Below, piece by piece: positions 1 to 13,465 of a DNA stretch of 64,000 bases. A program made the translations under genes and the position numbers. The notes beneath the pieces are model-generated. The model had not been told where the DNA came from and did not search any database. It worked only from the letters and a program-made list of their open reading frames with translations. The DNA lies in contig NC_043003.1 in assembly GCF_006345805.1 (NCBI RefSeq), forward strand, positions 26,722,001 to 26,786,000, in the 5' to 3' direction. This DNA is from Octopus sinensis. Lineage: Eukaryota. The first letter of the stretch is position 1. Every line of letters begins with the position of its first letter.

Positions 1-6
1 ATGTAT

Positions 7-106
7 NNNNNNNNNNNNNNNNNNNNNNNNNNNNNNNNNNNNNNNNNNNNNNNNNNNNNNNNNNNNNNNNNNNNNNNNNNNNNNNNNNNNNNNNNNNNNN
101 NNNNNN
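7..106. other. Assembly gap (100 N)
   Basis: Run of 100 N. Confidence 0.99.
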
Positions 107-109
107 CTC

Positions 110-586
110 ACAACAACCCGTACGTATGCACGCATGCACGCACGCACACATCACATGCATTCTCATACACATTTTCACTCTTACATACGCACACACGAAC
201 ACACGTTTTTTTTATACAAACCCATTCATACACATGTACATATTCTGTCACTCATACACACACACAAACACATATACATACTCATGTAATCACACATGCA
301 CCTGCACGCACGCACGCACACACATATAGATGCTCACTCACATAAACGCATACACGCGACTTCTCATACATATTCTAAACACACTCACACATACCCATCC
401 TTATACACACAGGCACACAATGTGGTACACACACGCACACAAACACAGAAACACATACATATGCAAACACGCACAAACACACGCGCACACATTCATAAAG
501 ATAAACATTCTCATACACACATACATACACACACATGCATAGACACGCATATTGCCATACTAACTCACACACACACGCGCACACGC

Positions 587-622
<36 letters not shown>

Positions 623-640
623 CACAAACACAAATAAACA
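110..640. repeat. Degenerate (CA)n microsatellite
   Basis: CA/TACA-rich tract; overlapping ORFs are poly-HT/CV artefacts. Confidence 0.95.
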
Positions 641-1855
641 CAGTGACATGGACACAGCCAAATTCAAACACGGTTTTGATGTAAAACCGTTGACGCGGGT
701 TCACATTTCAAGCGAGTCTCGAAATAATATTTTGTCCTTTTTTTAAGTCAACATTCCCTGCACGCTTGTAAAGCATCCGAATCCGTAGAGGAGATTCTAT
801 CTGGCGCACAGTTTGCTAGAAATAGCAGCCAAATTCCTCTCAGATCATATCCTGCTGTCTTAAACTTCTAGCTGCCCAAACCATTTTCATACGTTTGTGC
901 TTAACGTCAATGCTTCTTTTCTGAGTTTTAGTTGGCCCTTGTTTCGTAAACTCTGGATAATATAAAGCTTCCCATAACACTTCAATAACAAAATGTCTCA
1001 ATGCTGTCGATCGATCAGCAAGAAAGAACAGTGAAATCTGCCCCAGATGACATCCTATTGTCTTAACCCTTGTACCTGCCCGAAGCATTTTCATAAGTTT
1101 GTCCTAATCGTCCATGCTTGTTCCCAGAGTCTTAGTTTGCCCTTGTCTCATACGTTCTGAGTAGCATAAAGCTTTCCTTTCTTTCATAAGTCCCAAGTTA
1201 CTCTGATGGCGGAAAAGAATTGGAAATGTATATCATATTGAATGCATGGAGGCCAGTGTAATATGCCCTTTGTATCACATATGATACATAGGACAGTTAA
1301 AGGTTTATAAAAGACTTGTTATCAATAATTAAAATGACGTGTTGGTCAAGATCGGAGTGCCTTGATTATAGATCTAGTCACTAACACATGCGCCGAAGTT
1401 AAGTAAGCATAAGTCAGTAAATTTGAGGGGTGGTGATTTACTGATGTCCTTGACCCTATTATTTAACTGGTACTTTTATTTATCACGAAATGAAGAAAAG
1501 TAAAGTTGACTTCAGCAAGAATTTAACTCAAAATCGGAGGAAATGCCACTTAGCATTTTGTCCGACGCACTAATTATTCTGCCGCCTTAATAACAGTAAT
1601 AATTTTTTCTACTAAAGACGCAATGCCTGTGTGTTTGAGGAAGGAGGGTAATAAATCACATTCACCCCGGTACTCAAATAGTACTTATTTCATCGACGCA
1701 GAAAGTAGGAAATGCATAATCGACCTCGGTGAAATTTCAACTCGGAAAGTAAAGACGGACAAAATATCTCTAAACATTTTGCCCGGCGTGCTAAAGCTTC
1801 TATAAGATCTCCGCCTTCAGCATTATTTACTGTAGCCCATTATTATTATTATTAC

Positions 1856-1924
<69 letters not shown>

Positions 1925-1925
<1 letters not shown>

Positions 1926-2395
1926 GAGTGAGAGAGCAGTTCATGCCATCAAAGTGACACTGGGGTAAAATATACGAAGCCCAATATACCCATCATGACT
2001 ACCCGTCTGATAAAGGTACACCAGGCACATGCATCACAACCATATGTGCGCGACATGGTGATCTCATATCAAGATAAACAGCACTTGACCTTGCAGGTGG
2101 GACCCAGTTAGAATTTTCTTCAGGTTGAGTAGCCCATCCTGCTCAAACGGTCCCTGAATAAGGGTTGTTTAAGGATGTTGAAAGAACCACCCATGTTTCC
2201 AGAGGTGAACTATTCAAACCCCAAAGAATCCCTCTCAACACATGGCTATGATGCTCGCCCACTACTTCTGCTCGTGATCAGAGATGCACATATCGTCAGC
2301 CACTAAGGGACATGCTCAACTGGTTAAGGTCAAACAACTGACAAGCAAATCTGTGGTATTGAGGAGAATATTTGCTGTAGCCCATCCTTTATACC

Positions 2396-2398
<3 letters not shown>
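1925..2398 (-). mobile_element. (TAA)n-associated non-autonomous retroposon, copy 1 (5'-truncated)
   Basis: Closely similar to 2426-2967 and to the reverse complement of 3221-3744; bounded by (TTA)n on both sides. Confidence 0.85.
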
Positions 2399-3220
<822 letters not shown>

Positions 3221-3744
3221 GCCCTGATGCAGTCAGGCAGTGGCTCCCATGGCTTCTCATCTTAACTGATTGCAAGTGTGATCATGTACATTGTTTTGTC
3301 TTGGTATAAAAGATGGGCTACAGCAAATATTCAGCTCAATACCACAGATTTGCTTGTCAGTTGCTTGACCGTAACCAGTTGGACATGTCCCTTAGTGGCT
3401 GACGATATGTGCATCTCTGATCACGAGCAGAAGTAGTGGAGGAGCATCATAGCCATGTGTTGAGCGGGATTCTTTAAGGTTTGAATAATTCACCCTTGAA
3501 AGCATGGGTGTTTCGTTCATCATCCTTAAGCAAACCTTTTTCAGGGACGAAGAAAACTCTAACTGAGCCCCACCTGCAAGGTCATGTGTTGTTTATCTTG
3601 ATATGAGATCATCATGTCGCGCACATATGGTTGTGATGCATATGCCTAGTGTACCCTTATCAGACGGGTAGTTATGATGGGTATACTGGGCTTCGTATAT
3701 TTTACCCCGGTGTCATTTTGATGGCATGCACTGCTCTCACACTC
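3221..3744 (+). mobile_element. (TAA)n-associated non-autonomous retroposon, copy 3 (longest), head-to-head with copy 2
   Basis: Starts GCCCTGATGCAG after (TAA)n; ends CACTC-(AAT)n. Confidence 0.85.
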
Positions 3745-3771
3745 AATAATAATAATAATAATAATAATAAT

Positions 3772-4120
3772 GCCCTGGGAATGATAGCAAAAGGGGCTGA
3801 TAGCTACCTAACTCAGATACCAGGAAACCCAAGAATGGCAGAAATTCAAAAGATAGTGCTCATGGGAACTGCTCATATCCTACGCAAAATACTTTCTATG
3901 TAATCTCAAGGTTTAAAACAAACATAATTTTCGGTTTAAAAGAAAAAAAAAAATTTTTGTTTTTTTTAGACATTCATTAGCACAACACCAAAAACTCCCC
4001 CCCCCCCAAATATATGGCACACTAGGCATAACAACAACATGAACTTCCAACCTGTTGTCTCTTGAGGTCTCTGGGTGAGACTTGGAGCCAACTTGTACAA
4101 ATATAAAGCAAAACTCAAAC
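3772..4120 (+). mobile_element. 5'-truncated R4/Dong-like (RLE-type) non-LTR retrotransposon 3' end
   Basis: Encodes ALGMIAKGADSYLTQIPGNPRMAEIQKIVLMGTAHILRKILSM*, resembling the R4/Dong C-terminus (LQKxxLLGTAxILRKVL); embedded in (TAA)n, the known Dong target. Confidence 0.75.
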
Positions 4121-4123
4121 ATA

Positions 4124-4159
<36 letters not shown>

Positions 4160-4184
4160 TCACAATAATATTAATCATAATTTC

Positions 4185-4744
4185 TGTAATAGGCACAAGG
4201 CCTGAAATATCGACTCCAGTGTGTCACTGGCAGTCAATTTATCGCCCCCGAAAGGATGAAAAGCAAAGTCGACCTCGGCGGAATTTGAACTCAGAACATA
4301 GCGGCGGGCGAAATACCGTTAAGCAGTTCGTCTGGTGCACTATCGATTCTTTTCTATTCTAGGCACAAGGCCCGAAATTTTGGGTGAAGGAGCCAGTCGA
4401 TTATATCGACCCCAGTGCGCAACTGGTACTTAATTTATCGACCCCGAAAAGATGAAAGGCAAAGTCGACCTCGGCAGAATTTGAACTCAAAACGTAAAGA
4501 CAGACGAAATACCTATTTCTTTACTACCCACAAGGGGCTAAACACAGAGGGAACAAACAAGGACAGACAAACGGATTAAGTCTATGACATCAACCCCAAT
4601 GCGTAACTGGTACTTCATTTATCGACCCCGAAAGGATGAAATGCAAAGTCGACCTGGGCGGAATTTGAACTCAGAACGTAACGGCGGGCGAAATACCAAT
4701 AAGCATTTCGTCCGGCGTGCTATCGATTCTGCCAGCTCGCCGCC
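4185..4744 (-). mobile_element. tRNA-derived SINE family A, multimer
   Basis: Head GGCGGCGAGCTGGCAGAATC (A box) and GAGTTCAAATTCC (B box); body GGTCGAC-TTTGCCTTTCATCCTTTCGGGGTCGATAAA repeated. Confidence 0.85.
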
Positions 4745-4773
4745 CTTAGTAATAATAATAATAATAATAACAA

Positions 4774-4818
<45 letters not shown>

Positions 4819-5319
4819 AATAATAAGGTTGATGGGGGAGTCGATTACGCCAATTTTGGTACTTATCTGGTACTTTATTCTATCGACCCCAGAATCATGA
4901 AACGCAAGAATTTGGCTCTTAGTAATATCATAAAAAATGTGATTTTGTTACTACAACTGCAACTATTGTTGATTTTTATTTTTGTTGTAGTCTTTGTTAT
5001 TAATATTGTTGGTGTTGTTGTTTTTGTTTATGTTGTTGCTGAGTAGATTTATGGTGAATGACATTTCAGAGGTGGCTATTCCGTCAGTAACTTGGGCATT
5101 GCATACCTAGAGCTACATTTTTCCAAGTGCCAGTCTCTTTTAAAAAATTTAGGTCATAAAATGAAAGATTCGGCTATCATTTCCAGCCTTTCCAGTGCCT
5201 ACAGAATCATGAATATGGTTACGGATGGAACAATTTAAATCTTAGGTCTGCTTGAATTTCAAAAACAACGAAAACAACAATAATATGTATTGCAGTTGTT
5301 GTTGTTATTGTTGCTGCTG

Positions 5320-5630
5320 TCTTCTTCTTCTTCTTCTTCTTCTTCTTCTTCTTCTTCTTCTTCCAATCAGGACTCACGCCATTAGCCACAAAGAATAATC
5401 TCTAATTCGAGCCTACTCCAAGCTATTAAGAACGCGTATGGCAACTTGAAGATCCACCCACCACACGCGATAGACTGGCGGTTGCACTGGCGCGAAAGCT
5501 ACGTTGTTATCCACATTCCGTAAACAGTAGCTTTTAACGGGTGGATTCGCAATCTTGACTAGGGTCTGAAAGTTTACCACACCATAGTGGGTTACACCAT
5601 GGTTCCTCTGCTTTGTGGAAGAAGTAGGAA
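5320..5630 (-). mobile_element. Probable RTE-like LINE 3' remnant with (GAA)n tail
   Basis: Unique-looking sequence ending in (GAA)n on the minus strand; decayed, no clean ORF. Confidence 0.35.
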
Positions 5631-5859
5631 GAAGGAGTGAGAGAAAGTTGTGGTGAAAGAGTATAGCGGGGTTCACCACCTTCCCTGCCGGAGCCTCGTG
5701 GAGCTGAGGTGTTTTTGCTCAATAAACACTCACAGTGTCGAGTCGGGGAATCGAGACGGCGCTCTTACGACCGCGAGACCGCTGCCCTAACCACTGGGCC
5801 ATTGCGGCTCCACTACTGTTGCTGTTGTTTTTGTTATTTGTTGCTGGTGTTGCTACTGG

Positions 5860-5903
<44 letters not shown>

Positions 5904-6565
5904 TTATTGTTATTATTGTTGTTGCCGCTGTCTCTTGGTCGGAAACCGATGGTGAGTGTGCAAGGAAAGATAATCGTTTTGCTCCGGACATTTGAAGTAG
6001 TTGCCGATAATGGTCAACCATCAGCATCATGGCAATGGGAGATAAGCAGAGATGATGGATCGACATGAAAATCAGAGAGAGAAAGAGAGAGAGAGAGAGC
6101 GGAGAGAGAGGAGAGGGGAGAGAAAGTCATTAAATATATTATATTATGCGTATATATATATATTTATACACACACATACACATATGTATATACATACATA
6201 AATACATTCATATATGTATACATACATATGTAATATATATGTGTGTGTGTGCGTGTGTTTTACACACATACACACACATTCTGCAAGAACATATTAGAGA
6301 GAGGAAGTATGACAATTAGAAGTGTAAATGTGTAGGTATGTTTATACATGAATATATAAATATATGTGAGTGAGTGTGTGTGTCTGTGTGTGCGAGAGAG
6401 AGAGAGAGAGAGCGTGCGTGTTTATGTATACATGGATGAATCTCTGTGGGCATGCATGGATGTATGTCTACAAAGTATATATATATATATAAGCATATAT
6501 ATATATAAGGATATATATATATATGTATATATATATAAGCATATATATATATGTACGTATGTATG

Positions 6566-6597
<32 letters not shown>

Positions 6598-6598
6598 C

Positions 6599-6657
<59 letters not shown>

Positions 6658-6663
6658 TAATAA

Positions 6664-6903
6664 TAATGTTGTTTTTATATAAGCTTAAAGCTTATGGCGA
6701 TCACCGTGCAATGACTAACGAAAATAGCCTAATAAAGGGGCATATAAGCCCTCGACAGAAAAAAAGATTGCTTTCCTATCCCACGCAGATAGGAATACCT
6801 TCTTTTTTCTGTCGAGGGCTTATATGCCCCTTTATTAGACTATTTTCGTTAGTCATTGCACGGTGATTGCCATAAGCTTTAAGCCTATATAAAAACAACA
6901 TTA
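6664..6903. repeat. Near-perfect fold-back inverted repeat (~117-bp arms, 7-nt terminal loop)
   Basis: 6664-6780 is the reverse complement of 6788-6903, with ~3 substitutions and one small internal loop. Confidence 0.95.
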
Positions 6904-7124
6904 ATATTTTTATTTACAAGATTGTAAATCAGGGCGCCGTAATAAAAAAAAAACCATTCGCGCCGAAAGCATATATATTAATATGTATGATATTTGTAAA
7001 CAAACCCTTGATTAGCTTATCATTTTTCCGTCAATGGTTTACATAAATCATAAATGTCGCTTTAAATCAGAGTATATGCATTATTTTTATGATATATTAT
7101 TATACAGTTATTATTGTTTATATA

Positions 7125-7330
7125 TATATAAAATACAAAATGGGACAAGAACGCAAAACATCTGGACAACTAGGACAAAAAGGGACAACCAAAAGGGACA
7201 ACAAAACATCTAGATAGACGATACAAAAAAATCACGGACGGGTCATTCGAAGCCTTTTATCTTCAGTCAAGAACTGGAGCATCCTCGCAATTTCGGCTGA
7301 TTAATTTTGAGATTGGTCCCAGGAAAAACT
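7125..7330 (-). mobile_element. PLE-like terminal repeat fragment with HHR-like motif (7237-7272)
   Basis: CAGCTTAGTTTTTCCT...CAGCCGAAATT...GACTGAAGA...AGGCTTCGAATGAC..GTC shared with 49880-49995. Confidence 0.55.
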
Positions 7331-7489
7331 AAGCTGTATGTATGTATGTGTGTGTGTGAATGCATGTAACTAGGTATCTATCACACAAGCATATACAGAT
7401 GCAAGGACAACCTCTCTTATAACATGCACTTAAAAACCACCCACGTTGCTCTCCGATCCTACTTGAATCAGTACAGAAATGTAGCTCCA

Positions 7490-7869
7490 GTCGTAAATAA
7501 ATCAATCAGACCGCTTTCGATCGATCAGCCTTTCAACAGCTGAAACAATCGAAAAGGCAAAAAGAAAAAAAAATTCATTGAAGTAATTCAATTCACTACA
7601 AAAATCACAAAAACAGAAACTAGTTGGAAAAGACGAAATTGCAAGAATTGATAAAAGCTATGGCATAATCAGCGATCTATCTCAGAGTGCCAGATCTCTG
7701 GTGCTAGGAAAGCATTGAAATGTAACCAAACTTCAACTTGCTGGATGCATAATGAAGGAATCCGGTGAAATTCTGAGGAAGAAAACTGACATCGTTTAAG
7801 TCTTGTGAAAAATGTTTGTCTCGACAAAGAAAATCACTCGCCATCAAACACTAATATGCTATCAGATAT
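7490..7869 (+). other. Candidate 5'-UTR/first exon ending at a GTAAGT donor
   Basis: Non-repetitive A-rich segment; GATAT|GTAAGT donor at 7869/7870; no convincing ORF. Confidence 0.25.
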
Positions 7870-8214
7870 GTAAGTTATCCTTGAGAAAGAAGGTGAACGG
7901 AAAGTTTCCAGTCGAATTTTGGTAATACATAGAAAAAAAAAGAAAAAAACAAAGAAAAAACAGGATAAATTTTGAAAAAGGAAGTTAGTTTCATTGGTAT
8001 TTGAACGCGGATAATCGAATCAAAAACACGTGTAATAAACAATCCAACACGCTAACGACACTGTCAGTACGTGCCTCGTTTATCTCCCTCGTCTTTCTAA
8101 CCTTGTGATGAGTTTTATTATATTCTATAAATAAAATAAATGATGGTAAACTCAGCACAGAACTTTGATGTTAGAACTATGGCCGACCTTATTCCAACTG
8201 AGGTCTAATATTGT

Positions 8215-8535
8215 GACCCACTTCAGTCATGACTGACCGTGGGATTGCACCAGGAAAGTTACCCTCCCAGGCACAAGTCCGGGCAAGACCAGCAGTCGCC
8301 CATGCATACCGGCCTCCCCTCTCTACGGCACCAGTGTTATCCAAGGGAAAGGCAAAAGCCGATTCAGCTTGGCACCTGTGACGTCGCAACTCATTTCTAC
8401 AGCTGAGTGAACTGGAGCAACGTGAAATAAAGTGTCTTGCTCAAGAACACAACACGCAGCCCGGTCCGGGATTCGAACTCACAACCTCACGATTATAAGC
8501 TCGACGCTCTAACCACTGAGCCATGCGCCTTCACA
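8215..8535 (-). mobile_element. tRNA-derived SINE family C (full length), followed by an inverted partial copy at 8545-8680
   Basis: GGCGCATGGCTCAGTGGTTAGAGC A box; GAGTTCGAATCCC B box; core TGTTCTTGAGCAAGACACTTTATTTCACGTTGCTCCAG. Confidence 0.85.
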
Positions 8536-9189
8536 TAACTGAGTTATGCGGACCGGGCTGCGTGTTGTGTTCTTGAGCAAGACACTTTATTTCATGTTGC
8601 TCCAGTTCACTCAGCTGTAGAAATGAGTTGCGACGTCACAGCTGCCAAGCTGAATCGGCTTTTGCCTTTCCCTTGGATAACACTAGGCTTCATGGTTAAG
8701 CAGCTCACTTTGCAGCTCCATGGTTTCAGGTTCGGTCCTACTGTGTGGCGCCTTGGACAATTTTCTTCTACTATGACCCCGGGTCGACTCATCCTTTGTG
8801 AGTGAATTTAGTAGATGGAAATTATAGGTTATCTTAATGGTTTGACTGTCCTCCAACAGTAGGTGACGATTGGTGCCTGTTTGTTTACGCCCCCGTAACA
8901 TAGCTGTTCAGCAAAAGAGATTGATAGAATGGAATTGATTTGTTCGACTAAACTCTTCAAGGAGGAGCCCTCTTGCAAGGCGAAAGTCAAATGACTGAAA
9001 CTAGTAAAAAAGAAAAAGTGATATTAAGTTAACCTCATTGTGATTTGAACTCAGTTTGCAAACAGTCAAATACAGGGAAGTAAAAAAAAATATAGTAGCA
9101 CAATGTGCGAACAACACTGCCAATAAACACTTCCTTTAGGGCGATGAATCGTAGCACGCGGGGCGAAATAATAAATAAATAAATAAATG

Positions 9190-10265
9190 TTCCTTCTCGA
9201 ACCGTGCCAGGCTCATAAGGGCCGGTTTCCTGGTTTCAGTGGTGTAGAAATTCCCCACCTGGACGGGACGCCGGTCCGTCGCAGGATGACTCATTTTTGC
9301 CAGCTGAGTGGACTGGAGCAACGTGAAATGAAGTGTTTTGCTCAAGAGCAACACATCGCCCGGTCCAGAAATCGAAACCACAACCTTGCAAACATGAGTT
9401 CAACACTGTAACCACTAAGTCACGCGCCTCCACTCGCCAGGCGAAATGCTAAGAGGTATTTCGTCTGCCGTTGCATTCTGAGTTCAAATTCCGCCGAGGT
9501 CGCACTGGGGTCGATATAATCGACTTAATCCGTTTGTCTATCCTTGTTTCTCCTCTCTGTGTTTAGCCCCTTGTGGGTAATAAAGAAATAGGTATTTCGT
9601 CTACCGTTACGTTCTGAGTTCAAATTCCGTCGAGATCGACTATGCTTTTCATCCTTTCGGTGCTGATTAAATAAGTACCAGTTTCGCACTGGAGTCAATG
9701 TAATCGACTTAATCCCTTTCTCTGTTTAGCACCTGGTGGACAATAAAGAAATAAATATACACTTCCTTTTCCCACAGGTGTCTTTCTAATACTATATGCG
9801 ATAAGCAATGATCGTAAATATATCACCGAAATTTGAGTTTAGAATTTTGACATCTAAGGAGATAAGTGGATTTTATTGTGAGGTCGACTTTGCTTTTCTT
9901 CCTTTAGGGTTTGATAAAATAGTACCAGTTGAGCATGAGGGTGAATGTAGTCGACTTGCCCCCTCCCCAAAATTTCCGGTTTTGTGCCTATACTAGAAAA
10001 TATGGCAGGATAGTTGGCACCTCGGACAAAATGCTTAGCAGCCTTTTTCCTGGCTATTTAAGCTCTGAGTTCAATTTATGCCGAGGTCAATTTGCCTTCT
10101 TCCTTTCAGGGTCGATAAAATGAGTACCAGTTGAGCACTGAGGAGGTCGATGTAATCGACTAGTCTCCTTCCACAAAATTTCAAATCTTGTGCCTATACT
10201 AGAAAAAAATTATCAATTTTGTAAAGGCGGCGAACATGTCTGCTCCTTACGTTCTGAGTTCAAAT
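9190..10265. mobile_element. Cluster of SINE family A and C-related fragments
   Basis: Repeated GTTCTGAGTTCAAATTCCG, GGTCGAT and AAGTACCAGTT motifs. Confidence 0.75.
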
Positions 10266-10427
10266 CCCCGAAAGAAAAGAAAAACAATCATTTTAAGGCA
10301 TACGGCATAATGCATCTAGGAGCATTTTAGTCCTTCATTCTAAACCCTTTGCTTGTCCTGTGCAATATACTTCCCTGCCGTCCATGCATCATATATGATA
10401 ATCATTCCCAATTCTTTTTTCAACCAT

Positions 10428-10692
10428 AGGCGCAGAAGTGGCTGTGTGGTAAGTAGCTACCTTATCAACCACATGGTTCTGGGTTCACTCCCAATGCGTG
10501 GCACCTTGGGCAAGTGTCTTCTACTATGGCCTCGGGCCGACCAAAGCCTTGTGAGTGGATTTGGTAGACGGAAACTGAAAGAAACACACCGATTCTGGTG
10601 TGTTTACGTCCCCGTAATCTAGCGGTTTGGCAAGAGAGATCGATAGAATAAGTACTAAGCTTACAAAGAATAAGTCCTGGGGTCGATTTGTT
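10428..10692 (+). mobile_element. tRNA-derived SINE family B, 3'-interrupted
   Basis: GTGGCTGTGTGGTAAGTAGC head; GGCACCTTGGGCAAGTGTCTTCTACTAT core. Confidence 0.85.
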
Positions 10693-10713
10693 AGGCACAA
10701 TAGTTTTTCAGTA

Positions 10714-11214
10714 CCGTAAATCCTCGAGTATAGTCCGCCCTTGAGTATTATACGCAGGGGATTTTTAGGGGGCTGTACCTCTGAAAAACCTAAACCTTGT
10801 GTATAATACCCACCCCTTCTCTAAGGAGGTCTATATAACGTCCTTGGTTTGTAAAACTGTATACGGTAACGTCCTTTATTATTATTGTATATATAACATA
10901 ATGCAAACGTGTAGCCTTTTTGTGCATTTTGTTTGCAGAAAATAAAGGAATAACAGTAATACCGTTTAATAAATGTTGCTTATTGCAAGATATGTATGAT
11001 TCTTTTATGACTTCATCGCTTTAGAGCTTAGCTTAAGGTATTTTCGCGCCCGACATCACAAAATGCGCCTGAATAAACATTGCCGGACAGCAAATCGAGA
11101 CTCGGACATTGCTTAGAAAATATTTTTCATTTTTAAACTCGTATATAGTACGCACTGGAATTTTGACCATTAAATTTTGGGGGGAAAATGCGGATTATAC
11201 TCGAGGATTTACGG
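10714..11214. mobile_element. Non-autonomous Tc2/pogo-like DNA transposon (MITE)
   Basis: TIRs CCGTAAATCCTCGAGTATA(G/A)TCCGC at both ends; TA flanks at 10712-13 and 11215-16. Confidence 0.9.
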
Positions 11215-11789
11215 TATGTTTATTTCTTTTCGAAGATGGAGAAGGATGATTTCAAGGAAATTTTGCTGTTATTTCTAGCAGATCGAAAGACCATGCAATA
11301 GCAGCACGCCGTCATTGATGGTGAAGGTGATGGAGGTGGTGTTGGTATTGTGACGGTAGCGGTGTTGATGGAGGCGGTGGTGGTGGTGATGTTAGCGGTC
11401 GTTCGGTGGTGGTCGTGGAGATGGGGGGGTAATGTTGGTGATGAAGTTAGTGGTTGTTGTTGTGGTAACAGAAACGACTGTGGTGGTGGCGGTGGCGGCG
11501 ACGGTGGTGGTGGTGGTGGTGGTGTGGGGTGGTGATGATGTTGATGGTGGTGATGAAGGTGATGATAGTGTTAGTCGTGATGGTGGCGGCGGTGGCAGTT
11601 GTGGTGGTCAGATCAACAACCCTCTCTAAACAGTGCTTTCAAGTATACAACAAAACTGGCTTTAGTTTCAAGTGATATAACTTGCTGCGAACATTTGATA
11701 TAGACAACTTCCGTTTCCGGTTCCGATGAAGTGATTGACTTAAGAAACTGCTCAGATGGCCGGATCATGATAATTGATATTTAACTTCA

Positions 11790-11967
11790 GACTACAATTA
11801 CACACACACACACACACACATATATAGGCATGCATGCATAATACAAATATACATATATACACATACATATACAAATACACGTTTATGCATACATGTATGT
11901 ACAGGCATAGATATGAATACAAACACGCACGCACACACATACACACGTGCGCACACATAGACACACA

Positions 11968-12013
<46 letters not shown>

Positions 12014-12166
12014 TTCATATACATATATATATGTGTGTGTGCGTATGTGTATATACATATACACACATACAAACATGTACAAGTATATCTATGTATATAT
12101 ATATATATATATATACAAGCTTGTGTATATATATATATATATACTTGTATATATATGTGTGTGTAC

Positions 12167-12197
<31 letters not shown>

Positions 12198-12240
12198 TGT
12201 ATGTATGTTTGTGTGTATGTATGTATGTTACATGTATGTT
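11790..12240. repeat. (CA)/(TA)/(TATG) compound microsatellite
   Basis: Direct reading. Confidence 0.95.
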
Positions 12241-12799
12241 AATGTCCTTTGGAGATTGTTTTGTTATTGCTGCTGCTGCTGTTGTTGTTGTTTTCTCAAT
12301 TCTACTGCTACTGTTGTTGCTGTTGTTTGTTTATATCTAGAATCGTTAGATTTTTGGAAACAAAAAAATATGCTGCGCAGCATTTCTTCCTACTCGTTAG
12401 GTTCTGAGTTCAAATCTCGCCACGGCCAACTTTCGTTTTGATTTTTTTTTTTCTGGAGTCTATAAAATAAAAAAAAAGCAGTCAAGTAATGGAGTGGGGT
12501 CTGATGTAATAAATTAGCCCCTTCTTTCCAAATTGCTGACCTTGTATCTAAATCAGAAACTATTATTGCTTTTATCATTTTCCTCCCTTATTAACTGTGC
12601 AGATAATCTAGAAGGAGATTATATGATCTAGAAGAAGGCAGGATGTTGTTTTGTTCATGCATATGCAATAAATGAATAAATAAAGAGATAAATAAATAGA
12701 CAAGCGTTTGTTATCTATGTGAAAGAAAATGGATGCCCGGCTGCAATATTGAAACCGTATCGCTGTTGCTGACATTCGATCTGTCGTTGCTATTTGACC

Positions 12800-13088
12800 T
12801 TTGAATTTTCCTCAAACTTGTGCCAAAATCTGAAATCAATGTTATATTAAATAGCTATAGGCAGTGAGCTGGTAGAATCGTTACCGCATCGGGCAAAATG
12901 CTTTGCGGCATTTCGTCCGTCTTTGCGTTCAAAGTTCAAATTCCGCCGGGGTCGATAAAGTATGCATGTAAGTATGCATGTCAGTTCTCTCTCCATTATT
13001 TTTTCTCTCATCACTTTCTTTCGAAAAGCGTCGGCTCGAAAAGTTAAAGACTTTTTTCATTTTTACCGGGCGTTAGTTATAACGCCTG

Positions 13089-13123
<35 letters not shown>

Positions 13124-13423
13124 TTATTTATATATGCGTCCTTTTCAAGCCTAGCTAGGCTCATGGGCCTGGTTTCCCGGTTTCTATGGAGTATGTGTTC
13201 CCCCCAGCTGGACGGGACGCCAGTCCATCGCAGCGTTACTCAAGAAACAGGAAAAAAGAGTGAGAGAAAGTTGCGGTGAAAGAGTACAACAGGGGTCGCC
13301 ACCGCCCCTACCGGAACCTCGTGGAGTTTTTAGGTGTTTTCGCTCAATAAACATACACAACGCCCGGTCTGGGAATCGAAACCGTGACCCTCCGCTACCC
13401 TAACCACAGGGCCATTGCGCCTC

Positions 13424-13425
<2 letters not shown>
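12800..13425. mobile_element. SINE family A fragment plus C-related SINE (minus)
   Basis: GGCAGTGAGCTGGTAGAATCG head; CTGGACGGGACGCCAGTCCATCGCAG and CCACAGGGCCATTGCGCC motifs. Confidence 0.7.

Positions 13426-13465
<40 letters not shown>

Noticed and set aside
3390-3455. Hammerhead in the TAA-associated retroposon (CTGACGA...GAAG)
   Set aside because: GAAG instead of GAAA and no consistent stems I and III
6725-6760. Hammerhead inside the 6.7-kb hairpin
   Set aside because: Only a GGGC/GCCC stem; neither strand has both CUGANGA and GAAA
8460-8535. tRNA gene (CTTATAA loop)
   Set aside because: No acceptor stem; continues into a SINE body; loop differs in the 57.5-kb copy
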